Positions 38,700 to 47,148 of a DNA stretch of 64,000 nt are shown here, piece after piece. This DNA is from Parvibaculaceae bacterium (lineage in GTDB: Bacteria; Pseudomonadota; Alphaproteobacteria; Parvibaculales; Parvibaculaceae). The stretch is from the NCBI GenBank assembly GCA_965248405.1, contig OZ252104.1:992738-1056737 (forward strand), given 5' to 3'. Numbering within the stretch: position 1 is the stretch's first letter; every line of letters starts with the position of its first letter. The notes beneath the pieces are model-generated. The model was not told the origin of the DNA. It searched no databases and saw only the letters and a program-made list of their open reading frames with translations. Both the position numbers and the translations under genes were made by a program.

Positions 38700-39287
38700 T
38701 TACGGCTTGGCGGACATGCCGACAATAAGATGCCGGATTGAGGCCTCCAGTTCTGCCTGAGAGACACGGCGTCCAGAGTGAAGCGCGACCAAAGCTGCTT
38801 CCGCCAGCACGGCATTCAGGAGGCGCGCCGCAATTTCGATCGAGGGGACCTCGATTTCCCCAGCCTCGGCTGCTGCTTTCAGGCCCGCAGTCATAAGCCC
38901 CAGACTCGATTCTGCTTCCAGATCGCGCGCCCGTTCCCAACCAAGCACCTGGGGCGCCTGGTCGATCAGGATGGCCGCGATATCCGGTTTCCGGACTTCC
39001 TTAAGCCAGGAGAGGCAGGCATTGATGAGGTTTTCCAGGGGCGAATCCGTTTTTTTGGCGGCGCGGCCCGAGCGTCTGATCGCACCCTCAGATGTGGCCA
39101 CAAAAACGGCCTCGAACACATCCCGCTTTGTAGGGAAGTGGTAATACATGGCGCCCCGGCTCACCCCGGCGGCTACCAGGATGTCTTCTGTTGAAGTGCC
39201 ATCAAATCCTTGATTTACAAAGAGTTTTTCTGCGGACGTGATGAGCGATGCGCGTGTTGCCGCGCGTCTTTCTGGTTGAGTCGCCAT
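38700..39287 (-). CDS. TetR/AcrR-family transcriptional regulator (paralogue of 14472-15053)
   Basis: 195 aa. MATQPERRAATRASLITSAEKLF...STEDILVAAGVSRGAMYYHFPTK is the HTH. Confidence 0.85.
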   Translation of the reverse strand: MATQPERRAATRASLITSAEKLFVNQGFDGTSTEDILVAAGVSRGAMYYHFPTKRDVFEAVFVATSEGAIRRSGRAAKKTDSPLENLINACLSWLKEVRKPDIAAILIDQAPQVLGWERARDLEAESSLGLMTAGLKAAAEAGEIEVPSIEIAARLLNAVLAEAALVALHSGRRVSQAELEASIRHLIVGMSAKP

Positions 39288-39319
39288 GTTTCGACTTTAC
39301 ACCAAGCAGGCGCAGAGAT

Positions 39320-39343
39320 AAAACCGACAGACTGTCGGTTTTT
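39320..39343. promoter_or_regulatory. palindromic operator candidate AAAACCGACagactGTCGGTTTT
   Basis: A perfect inverted repeat with the same ACCGAC-N5-GTCGGT core as the two sites at 15072-15120. It lies between the divergent TetR gene and the NTF2-like gene. Confidence 0.6.
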
Positions 39344-39358
39344 ATATGGAGAAAATTG

Positions 39359-39730
39359 ATGAGTGTTTACCCCCCGAATTTCGACCACATGCTGGCCGCC
39401 TGGAACGAGCACGACCTCTCTAAAGTCCGAGGACACCTCGAAAAGGCGGTGGCCCCAGATGTTCACTTTCTCGACCCGACCAAAGATGTGACAGGCATTG
39501 ATGCGTTTGTTGAGATGGTCCACGAGTTTCGTCAGGAACTGATGCCTAACGCTGTTAACTCCAGAGCCAGCGGCATCGACTCTCACAACGGGTTGTATCG
39601 CTACAATTGGGCTATACATAGTGACGGCGAACTGGCACTGACCGGGTTCGACATGGTCGTAATGAACGATGCCGGAATGATTTCCAAAGTCTATGGCTTC
39701 TTCGGGCCTTTGCCCGAAATGGAAGCCTGA
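39359..39730 (+). CDS. NTF2-fold (SnoaL-like) protein
   Basis: 123 aa from the ATG at 39359, preceded by GGAGA. The upstream part of the ORF-track entry overlaps the operator and the TetR start. The call is fold-level only. Confidence 0.55.
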   Translation: MSVYPPNFDHMLAAWNEHDLSKVRGHLEKAVAPDVHFLDPTKDVTGIDAFVEMVHEFRQELMPNAVNSRASGIDSHNGLYRYNWAIHSDGELALTGFDMVVMNDAGMISKVYGFFGPLPEMEA

Positions 39731-39793
39731 TTTCTAACCCGGCACAAAACGCGGAGGCCTGCACTAGTGGGCCTCCGACAAAGGTGAGCCGGG

Positions 39794-40720
39794 GTGAGTA
39801 CAATTTCTGAACAGAGTGCAGGCCGCGAGGCCATGCTGGGTGGCATTGGTGCCGCCTCCGGCTATGCCTTCTGGGGCCTTACGGTGATCTTCTATAAGCA
39901 GCTCACCCATGTGCCGCCCTATGAGGTCCTGGCGCATCGCACGCTGTGGAGCGTGGTCCTGACAGTCGGCCTGATTTTCCTTTTTAAGCGCCGCGCAGCT
40001 TTTTTCGCAGCTCTACGAAACAAACGTCTTTTGCTGACACTCTGTGTCACCAGCCTGATCATTGGGGCGAACTGGTTTGTCTTCATTTACTCGATAAATG
40101 AAGAACGGGTGCTGGAAACGAGCTTGGGCTATTACATCAATCCACTGATTAGCGTTTTGATCGGAGTTGCCTTTCTGTCAGAGCGGCTGACACGTCCTCA
40201 GATCGCTGCCGTTATTCTTGCGGCCATCGGCGTGCTCGTCATGACCGTGGATTTCGGGACGGTCCCCTGGATTTCGCTCTTCCTCGCAGTCACGTTTGCG
40301 ATCTACGGATATCTGCGGAAAATCACAAATGTAGAACCTCTGGAAGGCCTCTCCATCGAGGTGCTTATCCTTTTGCCCTTCGCCGTCGCCTATCTGGCAT
40401 TTATGGAAACTGCCGAAGGTACGGCCCTCATGCATGAGGGCACCTGGACAGCGTTTCTGCTCATGCTGGCCGGGCCCATGACGGTCATTCCATTGTTTCT
40501 GTTCAACTATGGGGCACAGCGCATTCGCCTGGCGACGCTCGGGCTGATGCAATACCTTGCGCCGACGGTCCAACTGGTAATCGCCGTTTGGATGTATGGC
40601 GAGGAACTTACGGACACGCATCTCGTGACCTTCGGTCTTATCTGGACAGGTCTGGCGCTCTTTAGCTGGGATACCTGGAGGCGGGAGCGGGAGCTCCGGC
40701 GCATGGCGCGGGCTGCATAG
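39794..40720 (+). CDS. rarD: EamA/RarD-family (DMT superfamily) transporter
   Basis: 308 aa with 10 TM. GTG start. GASGYAFWGLTVIFYK and YINPLISVLIGVAFLSERL are typical of RarD. Confidence 0.8.
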   Translation: MSTISEQSAGREAMLGGIGAASGYAFWGLTVIFYKQLTHVPPYEVLAHRTLWSVVLTVGLIFLFKRRAAFFAALRNKRLLLTLCVTSLIIGANWFVFIYSINEERVLETSLGYYINPLISVLIGVAFLSERLTRPQIAAVILAAIGVLVMTVDFGTVPWISLFLAVTFAIYGYLRKITNVEPLEGLSIEVLILLPFAVAYLAFMETAEGTALMHEGTWTAFLLMLAGPMTVIPLFLFNYGAQRIRLATLGLMQYLAPTVQLVIAVWMYGEELTDTHLVTFGLIWTGLALFSWDTWRRERELRRMARAA

Positions 40721-40912
40721 GCCCACTCAAGGCAGCGAATCTGTTGATTTGGTGTCTCTGGCACCTTAGCCTTTCTGCCAAGGCTTGACCCGCGCCTCCC
40801 CCCTCCGTTGGGAAAACATCACACATGTGGGGTGACCACCTCATCGAACCATCTGTTCGAGCATGCGCATAAGGAGGGATTGTGACAACCGCTCGCAATA
40901 GGAGGTTCTCCA

Positions 40913-41626
40913 ATGAGACTATCTGCACCCATCTATCGACTAAAGCGCCAGGCGAAGCTGCTGTCGCGCGAACAAGGGATCACCCTTCACAAAGCATTGG
41001 ATCGTGTCGCAAAGGGTGAAGGCTTCAAAAGCTGGAGCCATCTTGCCAAGCGCTATGCTGAGGACCAGCCCGCACCACATATCCTGTCTGAGTTGGTGCC
41101 GGGTGATCTGGTCTTGCTGGGTGCAAGGCCGGAACATGGCAAGACCCTGATGGCGCTTGAGATCATCACCGAGGCCATGAAAAGGGGCGCTGAGGGGGCG
41201 TTTTTTACGCTCGACTACAATGAAGCAGACGTCGTGCATCGTTTGCAGTCGATTGGGAGTGACCCTCAAACATTGGGGACTGCCTTCCTGCTGGATACAT
41301 CTGATGAGATCGACGCGGACTACATCGTAGAACGCCTGAAGCAGAAACCGCGCGGCACAGTTGTCGCTATTGATTATCTGCAGATCCTGGATCAGCGTCG
41401 CAGCAGTCCTGATATCAACCAGCAGCTGTCGACCTTACGGTCCTTGGCAAGAAAGGCCGGTCATATCGTCATTTTGATTTCTCAAATTGATCGGAAATAT
41501 GAGCTGACTGCCCATCATCTGCCGGCACTGGCAGATGTTCGAACGCCCAATCCGCTCGATCTCTCGCTTTTCACCAAAACCTGCTTTCTGAGCGACGGTG
41601 AAGTGAAACTGGACGCTGTCGCCTGA
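40913..41626 (+). CDS. stand-alone DnaB-C-terminal-like (RecA-fold) ATPase with a small N-terminal helical domain
   Basis: Walker A GARPEHGKT, Walker B VVAIDYLQ, and a DnaB-like ILISQIDR motif. The N-terminal 50 aa (YRLKRQAKLLSREQGITLHKALDRVAKGEGFKSWSHL) form a separate small domain. Strong AGGAGG RBS. Confidence 0.7.
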   Translation: MRLSAPIYRLKRQAKLLSREQGITLHKALDRVAKGEGFKSWSHLAKRYAEDQPAPHILSELVPGDLVLLGARPEHGKTLMALEIITEAMKRGAEGAFFTLDYNEADVVHRLQSIGSDPQTLGTAFLLDTSDEIDADYIVERLKQKPRGTVVAIDYLQILDQRRSSPDINQQLSTLRSLARKAGHIVILISQIDRKYELTAHHLPALADVRTPNPLDLSLFTKTCFLSDGEVKLDAVA

Positions 41627-41636
41627 TCATAAACAC

Positions 41637-41666
41637 GGAACCGGGACATCTGTTCCGGTTCCTTAT
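41637..41666. terminator. hairpin between convergent genes (probable bidirectional terminator)
   Basis: GGAACCGG-(10-nt loop)-CCGGTTCC is a perfect 8-bp stem. It is followed by TTATT on plus and GTGTTTAT on minus. Confidence 0.5.
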
Positions 41667-41692
41667 TCCCAGTCACCCTCTGCCGCAGCGGA

Positions 41693-42241
41693 TCAAAGTG
41701 CCGCCTCAATCCGGGGAAGCACGTCTTCAACCCGGTCGATAACGGCATATTGGCCGCGGATGGATGATTGGACGAAGCCCTGATCAATCATGTGATCGAA
41801 CAGACCGATCAGCGGGTCCCAGAAACCGTTGAGATTGAGAAACAGGATGGGATAGTTGTGGCGGCCAAGCTGCGCCCAGGTGAGCATCTCAATCACTTCC
41901 TCCAGCGTACCAATGCCGCCAGGCAGGGCGAGGAAGGCATCCGCTCGCTCAAACATTTTCTGTTTGCGCTCATGCATGGACCCAACCACAAGCAGCTCAC
42001 TCACCTCATTATAGGCGATTTCTTTAGTCTGCAGAAAATCGGGAATGATGCCGATAACGTGACCGCCCGCTGCCATTACGGTCCGTGCACAAATGCCCAT
42101 AAGACCGATGCCGCCGCCGCCATAGACCAGCCCCACGTCATTTTCGGCGAACGCTCTACCCAGGTTTTCCGCCATTTCTGAGAATTCGGGTGCATCGCCT
42201 GTGCTTGAGCCGCAATAAACGCAGACATTTAAACGAGACAT
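41693..42241 (-). CDS. LOG-family protein (TIGR00730-type nucleotide 5'-monophosphate nucleosidase)
   Basis: 182 aa from the ATG at 42241, preceded by AAGGAAA. YGGGGIGLMG and PGGIGTLEE motifs. Confidence 0.85.
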   Translation of the reverse strand: MSRLNVCVYCGSSTGDAPEFSEMAENLGRAFAENDVGLVYGGGGIGLMGICARTVMAAGGHVIGIIPDFLQTKEIAYNEVSELLVVGSMHERKQKMFERADAFLALPGGIGTLEEVIEMLTWAQLGRHNYPILFLNLNGFWDPLIGLFDHMIDQGFVQSSIRGQYAVIDRVEDVLPRIEAAL

Positions 42242-42433
42242 GCGGTTTCCTTGGTACTTTGTCTTCGGGCCTTCAAATTGGTGCCGTATTTGCACTCTAG
42301 CGTCATGCATGCCGTGCGGGATAGAGATCTGGTGCGGGACCGGTATTAACCAAGCGCGCGGCTTAAGGAAGCATTTTTCGCAAAGCCGGGTAGCATGGCA
42401 ACACGGACGGAATCCAGAGAGGGGTCAGTGACA

Positions 42434-43399
42434 ATGTCATCGCGAATCTTAGCCATTGGCGGTGCGGCAGCCGCGGCGATCATCGCCATCGTCATTGCCC
42501 TGTTTCTTTTCACAGGGGAGGATGACGCGACAGACGGTGTTGGCACCACTCCTGTTGCTCAACCTCAGCAGACGGCGCCGACAGAAGAGGTTGCCGAAAA
42601 AATCGTCCCAACCTTCGACATTGTCCGTGTTGAGCGGGATGGCATGGCCGTCATTGCGGGGCGGTCTGAACCGCGTGCAACCGTGACCCTGAAAAGAAAT
42701 GGCGCCGCCATTGCCGCTGCCGATGCCGACGGTCGGGGGGAATGGGTGATCGTACTTGACACCCCTCTGGCGCCAGGGGACGTGGAACTCACGCTGACGG
42801 CACGGAACCCTGACGGAAGTCAGATTGATTCCATTCAATCCGTGTCTGTTTCGGTTCCGGAGCAGGAAGGCGGTCAGGCCTTGGTTGTGTTGGCCGAGCC
42901 CGGCAAAGCCAGCCGCGTGCTGCAGGGACCTGGCGTTCCATCTGATGCAGGAAATCTGGTTCTCGAGGCTGTCGATTATGACGAGAACGGTAACGTCATC
43001 ATTTCCGGCATCACGGAACCTAACAGCACGGTTCGGATTTACCTGAATGACAAACCCATTGGCGACGCGCAGGCCGATGCCGAGGGACGCTGGGAACTCC
43101 GCCCGAACGGTGCGGTAGAGCCCGGAACCTATACGATGCGGATCGACCAGCTGGACGAGAACGGTCAAGTGTCCGCGCGGGTGGAAGTCCCCTTTGAACG
43201 GGGCGTGGCGGAAGAGGTTCGCCGTCAACTCGCAGCAGGTGAGGTGGTGATCCAGCCGGGCAACAATCTCTGGAACATCGCCCGACAGCTTTATGGCAGC
43301 GGCTTCCGCTACACGGTGATTTATCAGGCGAATCGCGACCAGATCCGCGATCCCGACCTGATCTACCCCGGCCAGGTTCTATCGACCCCGGCTCAATAG
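42434..43399 (+). CDS. membrane-anchored LysM peptidoglycan-binding protein with Ig-like repeats
   Basis: N-terminal anchor ILAIGGAAAAAIIAIVIALFLF. Two G-x-W...PG repeats. C-terminal LysM (VVIQPGNNLWNIARQLYG...YTVIYQANRDQIRDPDLIYPGQVL). The ATG at 42434 has the better RBS; the alternative is 42395. Confidence 0.8.
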   Translation: MSSRILAIGGAAAAAIIAIVIALFLFTGEDDATDGVGTTPVAQPQQTAPTEEVAEKIVPTFDIVRVERDGMAVIAGRSEPRATVTLKRNGAAIAAADADGRGEWVIVLDTPLAPGDVELTLTARNPDGSQIDSIQSVSVSVPEQEGGQALVVLAEPGKASRVLQGPGVPSDAGNLVLEAVDYDENGNVIISGITEPNSTVRIYLNDKPIGDAQADAEGRWELRPNGAVEPGTYTMRIDQLDENGQVSARVEVPFERGVAEEVRRQLAAGEVVIQPGNNLWNIARQLYGSGFRYTVIYQANRDQIRDPDLIYPGQVLSTPAQ

Positions 43400-43465
43400 C
43401 TCGCTCGCAGGCCGGGCACTTGGCACGAAGCAGCCTAGGCCCTAAATAATAGACCACGCTTGTTT

Positions 43466-43513
43466 CCCACCCCGGTCGTTCAGGCCCCATTTCTAGAGGT
43501 GGGGTGTTTTCTT
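43466..43513 (+). terminator. weak terminator-like hairpin after the LysM gene
   Basis: CCCACC...GGTGGG forms a 6-bp stem with a 26-nt loop. It is followed by GTGTTTTCTT. Confidence 0.35.
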
Positions 43514-43568
43514 CTGCATTCTGCGAAAATCTGAAGAGCTAAAGCGAACAGGCATCAGAGGAGGGCGT

Positions 43569-45434
43569 ATGACGCCACGTATTGGGGCAATGAGCGAGCC
43601 GGTAAACCTCTCTCTGCCGCCAGAAACGACGAGTACCTATCGTTCTGTCCTGCCCTTGCTCTGGCCGGAAGGCAGACTGGATTTGCGCACCCGCGTTGTG
43701 CTTGCCTTTATCGCCATGTTCGCCGCCAAAGCGTTCACCGTCTACGCGCCTTTTTTCTATCGCGATGCCGTCGACGCCCTCACCGCGGATGAGAACAGCA
43801 CAGCAGCGATTGTGGCGGTACCCGTCGCGCTTGTCGTTGCCTATGGCGTCGCCCGCATCATGATGATTGCCATGGCGCAATTGCGTGACGGGCTGTTTGC
43901 GCGGGTCGGCCAGAATGCGGTTCGGACGCTGGCGCTGCGCACTTTCAAGCATATCCACGCGCTCTCTCTCCGGTTTCATCTGGAGCGCCGTACGGGCGGC
44001 CTCAGCCGGATCATCGAGCGCGGGACCAAGGCCATTGAGTTTCTGCTGCGGTTTTCCCTGTTCAGCATTTTCCCCACCATCATCGAACTGCTTCTTGTGG
44101 CCGGAATTCTCTGGTGGAATTTTGACTGGCGCTATGCGGCGGTTACGGCGGGTGTTATTTCGCTCTATATCGCCTTCACCTATTGGGCGACAGAGTGGCG
44201 CACCACCATTCGGCGCGAAATGAATGACCGGGACACAGAGGCCAATACCAAGGCCATCGACAGCCTGTTGAACTATGAGACGGTCAAATATTTCGGCAAC
44301 GAGCACCATGAAAGTGGCAGGTATGACAAGGCAATGGCAGGGTATGAGGATGCGGCCATTCGCACCTCCACGTCGCTGTCCGTGCTGAATACCGGTCAGA
44401 CCCTCATCTTCACCTTCGGCTTGATAGCCCTCATGTTGATGGCAGCCTACGGCGTTGCCGCGGGCGATCTCACAGTTGGTGAGTTCGTCATGGTGAATGC
44501 TTTCATGATCCAGCTGTCGGCGCCGCTTAACCTGTTGGGCTCTGTCTACAGAGAAATCAGACAGGCCCTGGTTGATATGGAGACCATGTTTGGTCTCATC
44601 GCGGTGGAGCCGGAAATCGTGGATCAGCCGGGGGCCGTGCCACTCAACGTAGGCGGCGGTGCCATCCGGTTCGACGACGTCTCTTTTTCCTACGACCCGG
44701 ATCGGGGCATTTTAAGCCACGTCTCCTTCGACGTGCCTGCGGGAAGGTCCGTGGCACTGGTGGGGCCATCCGGAGCGGGGAAATCGACAATAAGCCGTAT
44801 TCTCTACCGCTTTTATGATGTTCAGGAAGGGACCGTCACCATTGATGGTCAGGACATCTCAAGGGTGACCCAGGACAGCTTGCGGGCAGCCATCGGGATC
44901 GTCCCCCAGGACACGGTGCTGTTCAACGATACCATCCGCTACAATATTCGCTATGGGCGTCCAGATGCGACAGATGCAGAGGTCGAAGAAGCGGCGCGCC
45001 TTGCCCAGATCTCTGACTTCATCGCCGGGTTGCCCAAAGGCTATGACACGATGGTGGGTGAAAGGGGACTCAAGCTCTCTGGCGGAGAGAAACAACGGGT
45101 CGCCATCGCACGCACCATCCTCAAAAACCCGCCGATCCTGATGTTGGATGAAGCCACCTCCGCGCTCGATAGCGCAACAGAGCGGGAAATTCAGACCGCA
45201 TTGGGGATCGTCTCGGAAAACCGGACGACTCTCATCATTGCGCATCGCTTGTCTACGGTTGTGGACGCGGACGAGATTCTTGTTCTGGATCAGGGGCAGA
45301 TCATTGAGCGTGGCAGCCACCGGGACCTTTTGAGCTTTGGCGGCACCTATGCCGCCATGTGGAACCGCCAACTTGAAGAAGCGGCTGAAACCCAAGCGTT
45401 GAGTGACCCTCAAAACGCACAAGACGGCCCTTAA
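43569..45434 (+). CDS. ABC transporter, fused permease/ATPase, Atm1/ABCB7-like exporter
   Basis: 621 aa. Six-TM domain followed by Walker A GPSGAGKST, signature LSGGEKQRVAIAR and Walker B ILMLDEATSALD. Confidence 0.85.
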   Translation: MTPRIGAMSEPVNLSLPPETTSTYRSVLPLLWPEGRLDLRTRVVLAFIAMFAAKAFTVYAPFFYRDAVDALTADENSTAAIVAVPVALVVAYGVARIMMIAMAQLRDGLFARVGQNAVRTLALRTFKHIHALSLRFHLERRTGGLSRIIERGTKAIEFLLRFSLFSIFPTIIELLLVAGILWWNFDWRYAAVTAGVISLYIAFTYWATEWRTTIRREMNDRDTEANTKAIDSLLNYETVKYFGNEHHESGRYDKAMAGYEDAAIRTSTSLSVLNTGQTLIFTFGLIALMLMAAYGVAAGDLTVGEFVMVNAFMIQLSAPLNLLGSVYREIRQALVDMETMFGLIAVEPEIVDQPGAVPLNVGGGAIRFDDVSFSYDPDRGILSHVSFDVPAGRSVALVGPSGAGKSTISRILYRFYDVQEGTVTIDGQDISRVTQDSLRAAIGIVPQDTVLFNDTIRYNIRYGRPDATDAEVEEAARLAQISDFIAGLPKGYDTMVGERGLKLSGGEKQRVAIARTILKNPPILMLDEATSALDSATEREIQTALGIVSENRTTLIIAHRLSTVVDADEILVLDQGQIIERGSHRDLLSFGGTYAAMWNRQLEEAAETQALSDPQNAQDGP

Positions 45435-45505
45435 CCTGAAGACGCTGTCGCGGTAAGGTGGACGCCACAGCGGCACCGCCGCATCATCTAACTCAGGGAC
45501 CGTCA

Positions 45506-46198
45506 ATGGACGCACTCACTTCTGTTCTCGTGCCAATTCATAAGGAAGGGCACAAGTTCATCCTCATTTTTGCTGCCATCACGCTGCTTCTGTTCCTTCT
45601 GTGGGAACCGCTCGGGTGGCTTGGTGTGATTTTGACGGCGTGGTGCGCCTACTTTTTCCGCGATCCGGACCGTCTGACGCCGGCGCGCGACGGGTTGCTG
45701 ATTTCTCCCGCCGATGGTGTGGTGAGCCTGATAACGGAGGCGGCGCCTCCACCCGAGCTGGGCCTTGGCGAAATGGCTCGTCCGCGGATCAGCATTTTCA
45801 TGAATGTTTTTAACTGCCACGTGAACCGTTCGCCTATTACCGGCACGGTCACGCGTACGGCCTATCGTCCCGGTCTCTTCCTCAATGCAGATCTCGACAA
45901 GGCGAGCGATGACAATGAGCGCCATTCTCTGGTGATCGACACCGCTGACGGCAAAAACTATGTCGTGGTTCAGATTGCTGGACTGGTTGCGCGCCGTATC
46001 GTCAATGAGGTGAAAGACGGGGACGCCCTTCAGGCAGGGGAGCGGTTTGGGCTCATTCGCTTTGGAAGCCGCGTGGACGTTTACCTTGAACCCGGCGAAG
46101 CGCCGCTTGTTTCTGTCGGCCAGACGATGATTGCTGGCGAGACGGTGCTTGCGGACACCAAGTCAGAGGAAACGGCCAGACTTGCGGAAATCCGCTAA
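45506..46198 (+). CDS. psd: phosphatidylserine decarboxylase proenzyme (short type)
   Basis: 230 aa from the ATG at 45506. [17 protein letters not shown] and FGSRVD (self-cleavage G-S site). Confidence 0.85.
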   Translation: MDALTSVLVPIHKEGHKFILIFAAITLLLFLLWEPLGWLGVILTAWCAYFFRDPDRLTPARDGLLISPADGVVSLITEAAPPPELGLGEMARPRISIFMNVFNCHVNRSPITGTVTRTAYRPGLFLNADLDKASDDNERHSLVIDTADGKNYVVVQIAGLVARRIVNEVKDGDALQAGERFGLIRFGSRVDVYLEPGEAPLVSVGQTMIAGETVLADTKSEETARLAEIR

Positions 46199-46251
46199 GA
46201 GGCGGAGACTGTTGGCACAAGAGTTGAGTTGACGGAATAGAGGAGAAGACC

Positions 46252-47094
46252 ATGGCAATCTCTCCATTCGGATCACGTGACCGCACACCCGGCAGCAATC
46301 CGCGACGGACCCTCAAGACACTGCCGATCCGCAGTCTTGTGCCCAACAGTCTTACCGTCATGGCTTTGTGTGCGGGCCTCACCTCCATAAGATTTGGCTT
46401 GGACGGCAAGTTTGAACTCGCCGTTCTGGCAATCTGCGTTGCCGCCATCCTGGATGGGCTCGATGGCCGCGTGGCCCGGCTCCTCAAAGGAACGACCAAG
46501 TTTGGCGCGGAGCTGGACTCGCTCTCCGATTTTCTCTGCTTTGGCGTAGCGCCGGTCATGCTGCTCTATCTCTGGACGCTGGACGGTCTGGGCGGGCTTG
46601 GCTGGATCGTGGTGCTAGGCTTTGCCGTGTGCTGTGCCCTACGGCTTGCACGGTTCAATGTTGCGATCGAAGACCCGGATAAACCGGCCTGGACAGCGAA
46701 CTATTTTGTTGGCGTGCCCTCACCTGCGGCAGCGGGCCTCGTCATGCTGCCTCTTTACCTGTCCTTTATCGGCATTGATTTTTTGAAAGATGTGCCAGTG
46801 CTTATCGCAGCCTATGTGGCAGGGATCGCCTTTCTGATGGTGAGCAAGATTCCAAGCTTTTCCGGAAAACGACTGGGCATGCGGGTGCGCCGGGACGAAA
46901 TGTTGCCCGTTCTGCTGGGCGTGGCCATGTCTGTCGCCGTCCTGTTCAGCTATCCCTGGATCACGCTGAGCAGCCTGGTTGTGGCCTACCTTGCCCTACT
47001 ACCCCTCAGCACCATGCGGTATCGGCATCACCAAAAGCGCACAGCTTTTGTCTCTGATGATGACGAGGATGAGTTCCTGGCGGACTCAAAATAA
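46252..47094 (+). CDS. pssA: CDP-diacylglycerol--serine O-phosphatidyltransferase
   Basis: Carries the CDP-alcohol phosphatidyltransferase motif DGLDGRVARLLKGTTKFGAELDSLSD. AGGAGA RBS. It lies immediately downstream of psd. Confidence 0.85.
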   Translation: MAISPFGSRDRTPGSNPRRTLKTLPIRSLVPNSLTVMALCAGLTSIRFGLDGKFELAVLAICVAAILDGLDGRVARLLKGTTKFGAELDSLSDFLCFGVAPVMLLYLWTLDGLGGLGWIVVLGFAVCCALRLARFNVAIEDPDKPAWTANYFVGVPSPAAAGLVMLPLYLSFIGIDFLKDVPVLIAAYVAGIAFLMVSKIPSFSGKRLGMRVRRDEMLPVLLGVAMSVAVLFSYPWITLSSLVVAYLALLPLSTMRYRHHQKRTAFVSDDDEDEFLADSK

Positions 47095-47123
47095 AAGGCC
47101 CCACTTTTTCAGCAGGGCCTTTC
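47093..47123. terminator. hairpin between convergent pssA and the RND pump gene
   Basis: AAAGGCCC-(13-nt loop)-GGGCCTTT is an 8-bp stem that includes flanking A/T residues. Confidence 0.45.
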
Positions 47124-47148
47124 TGATCTAGCAATCAGCGCAGGAAAC

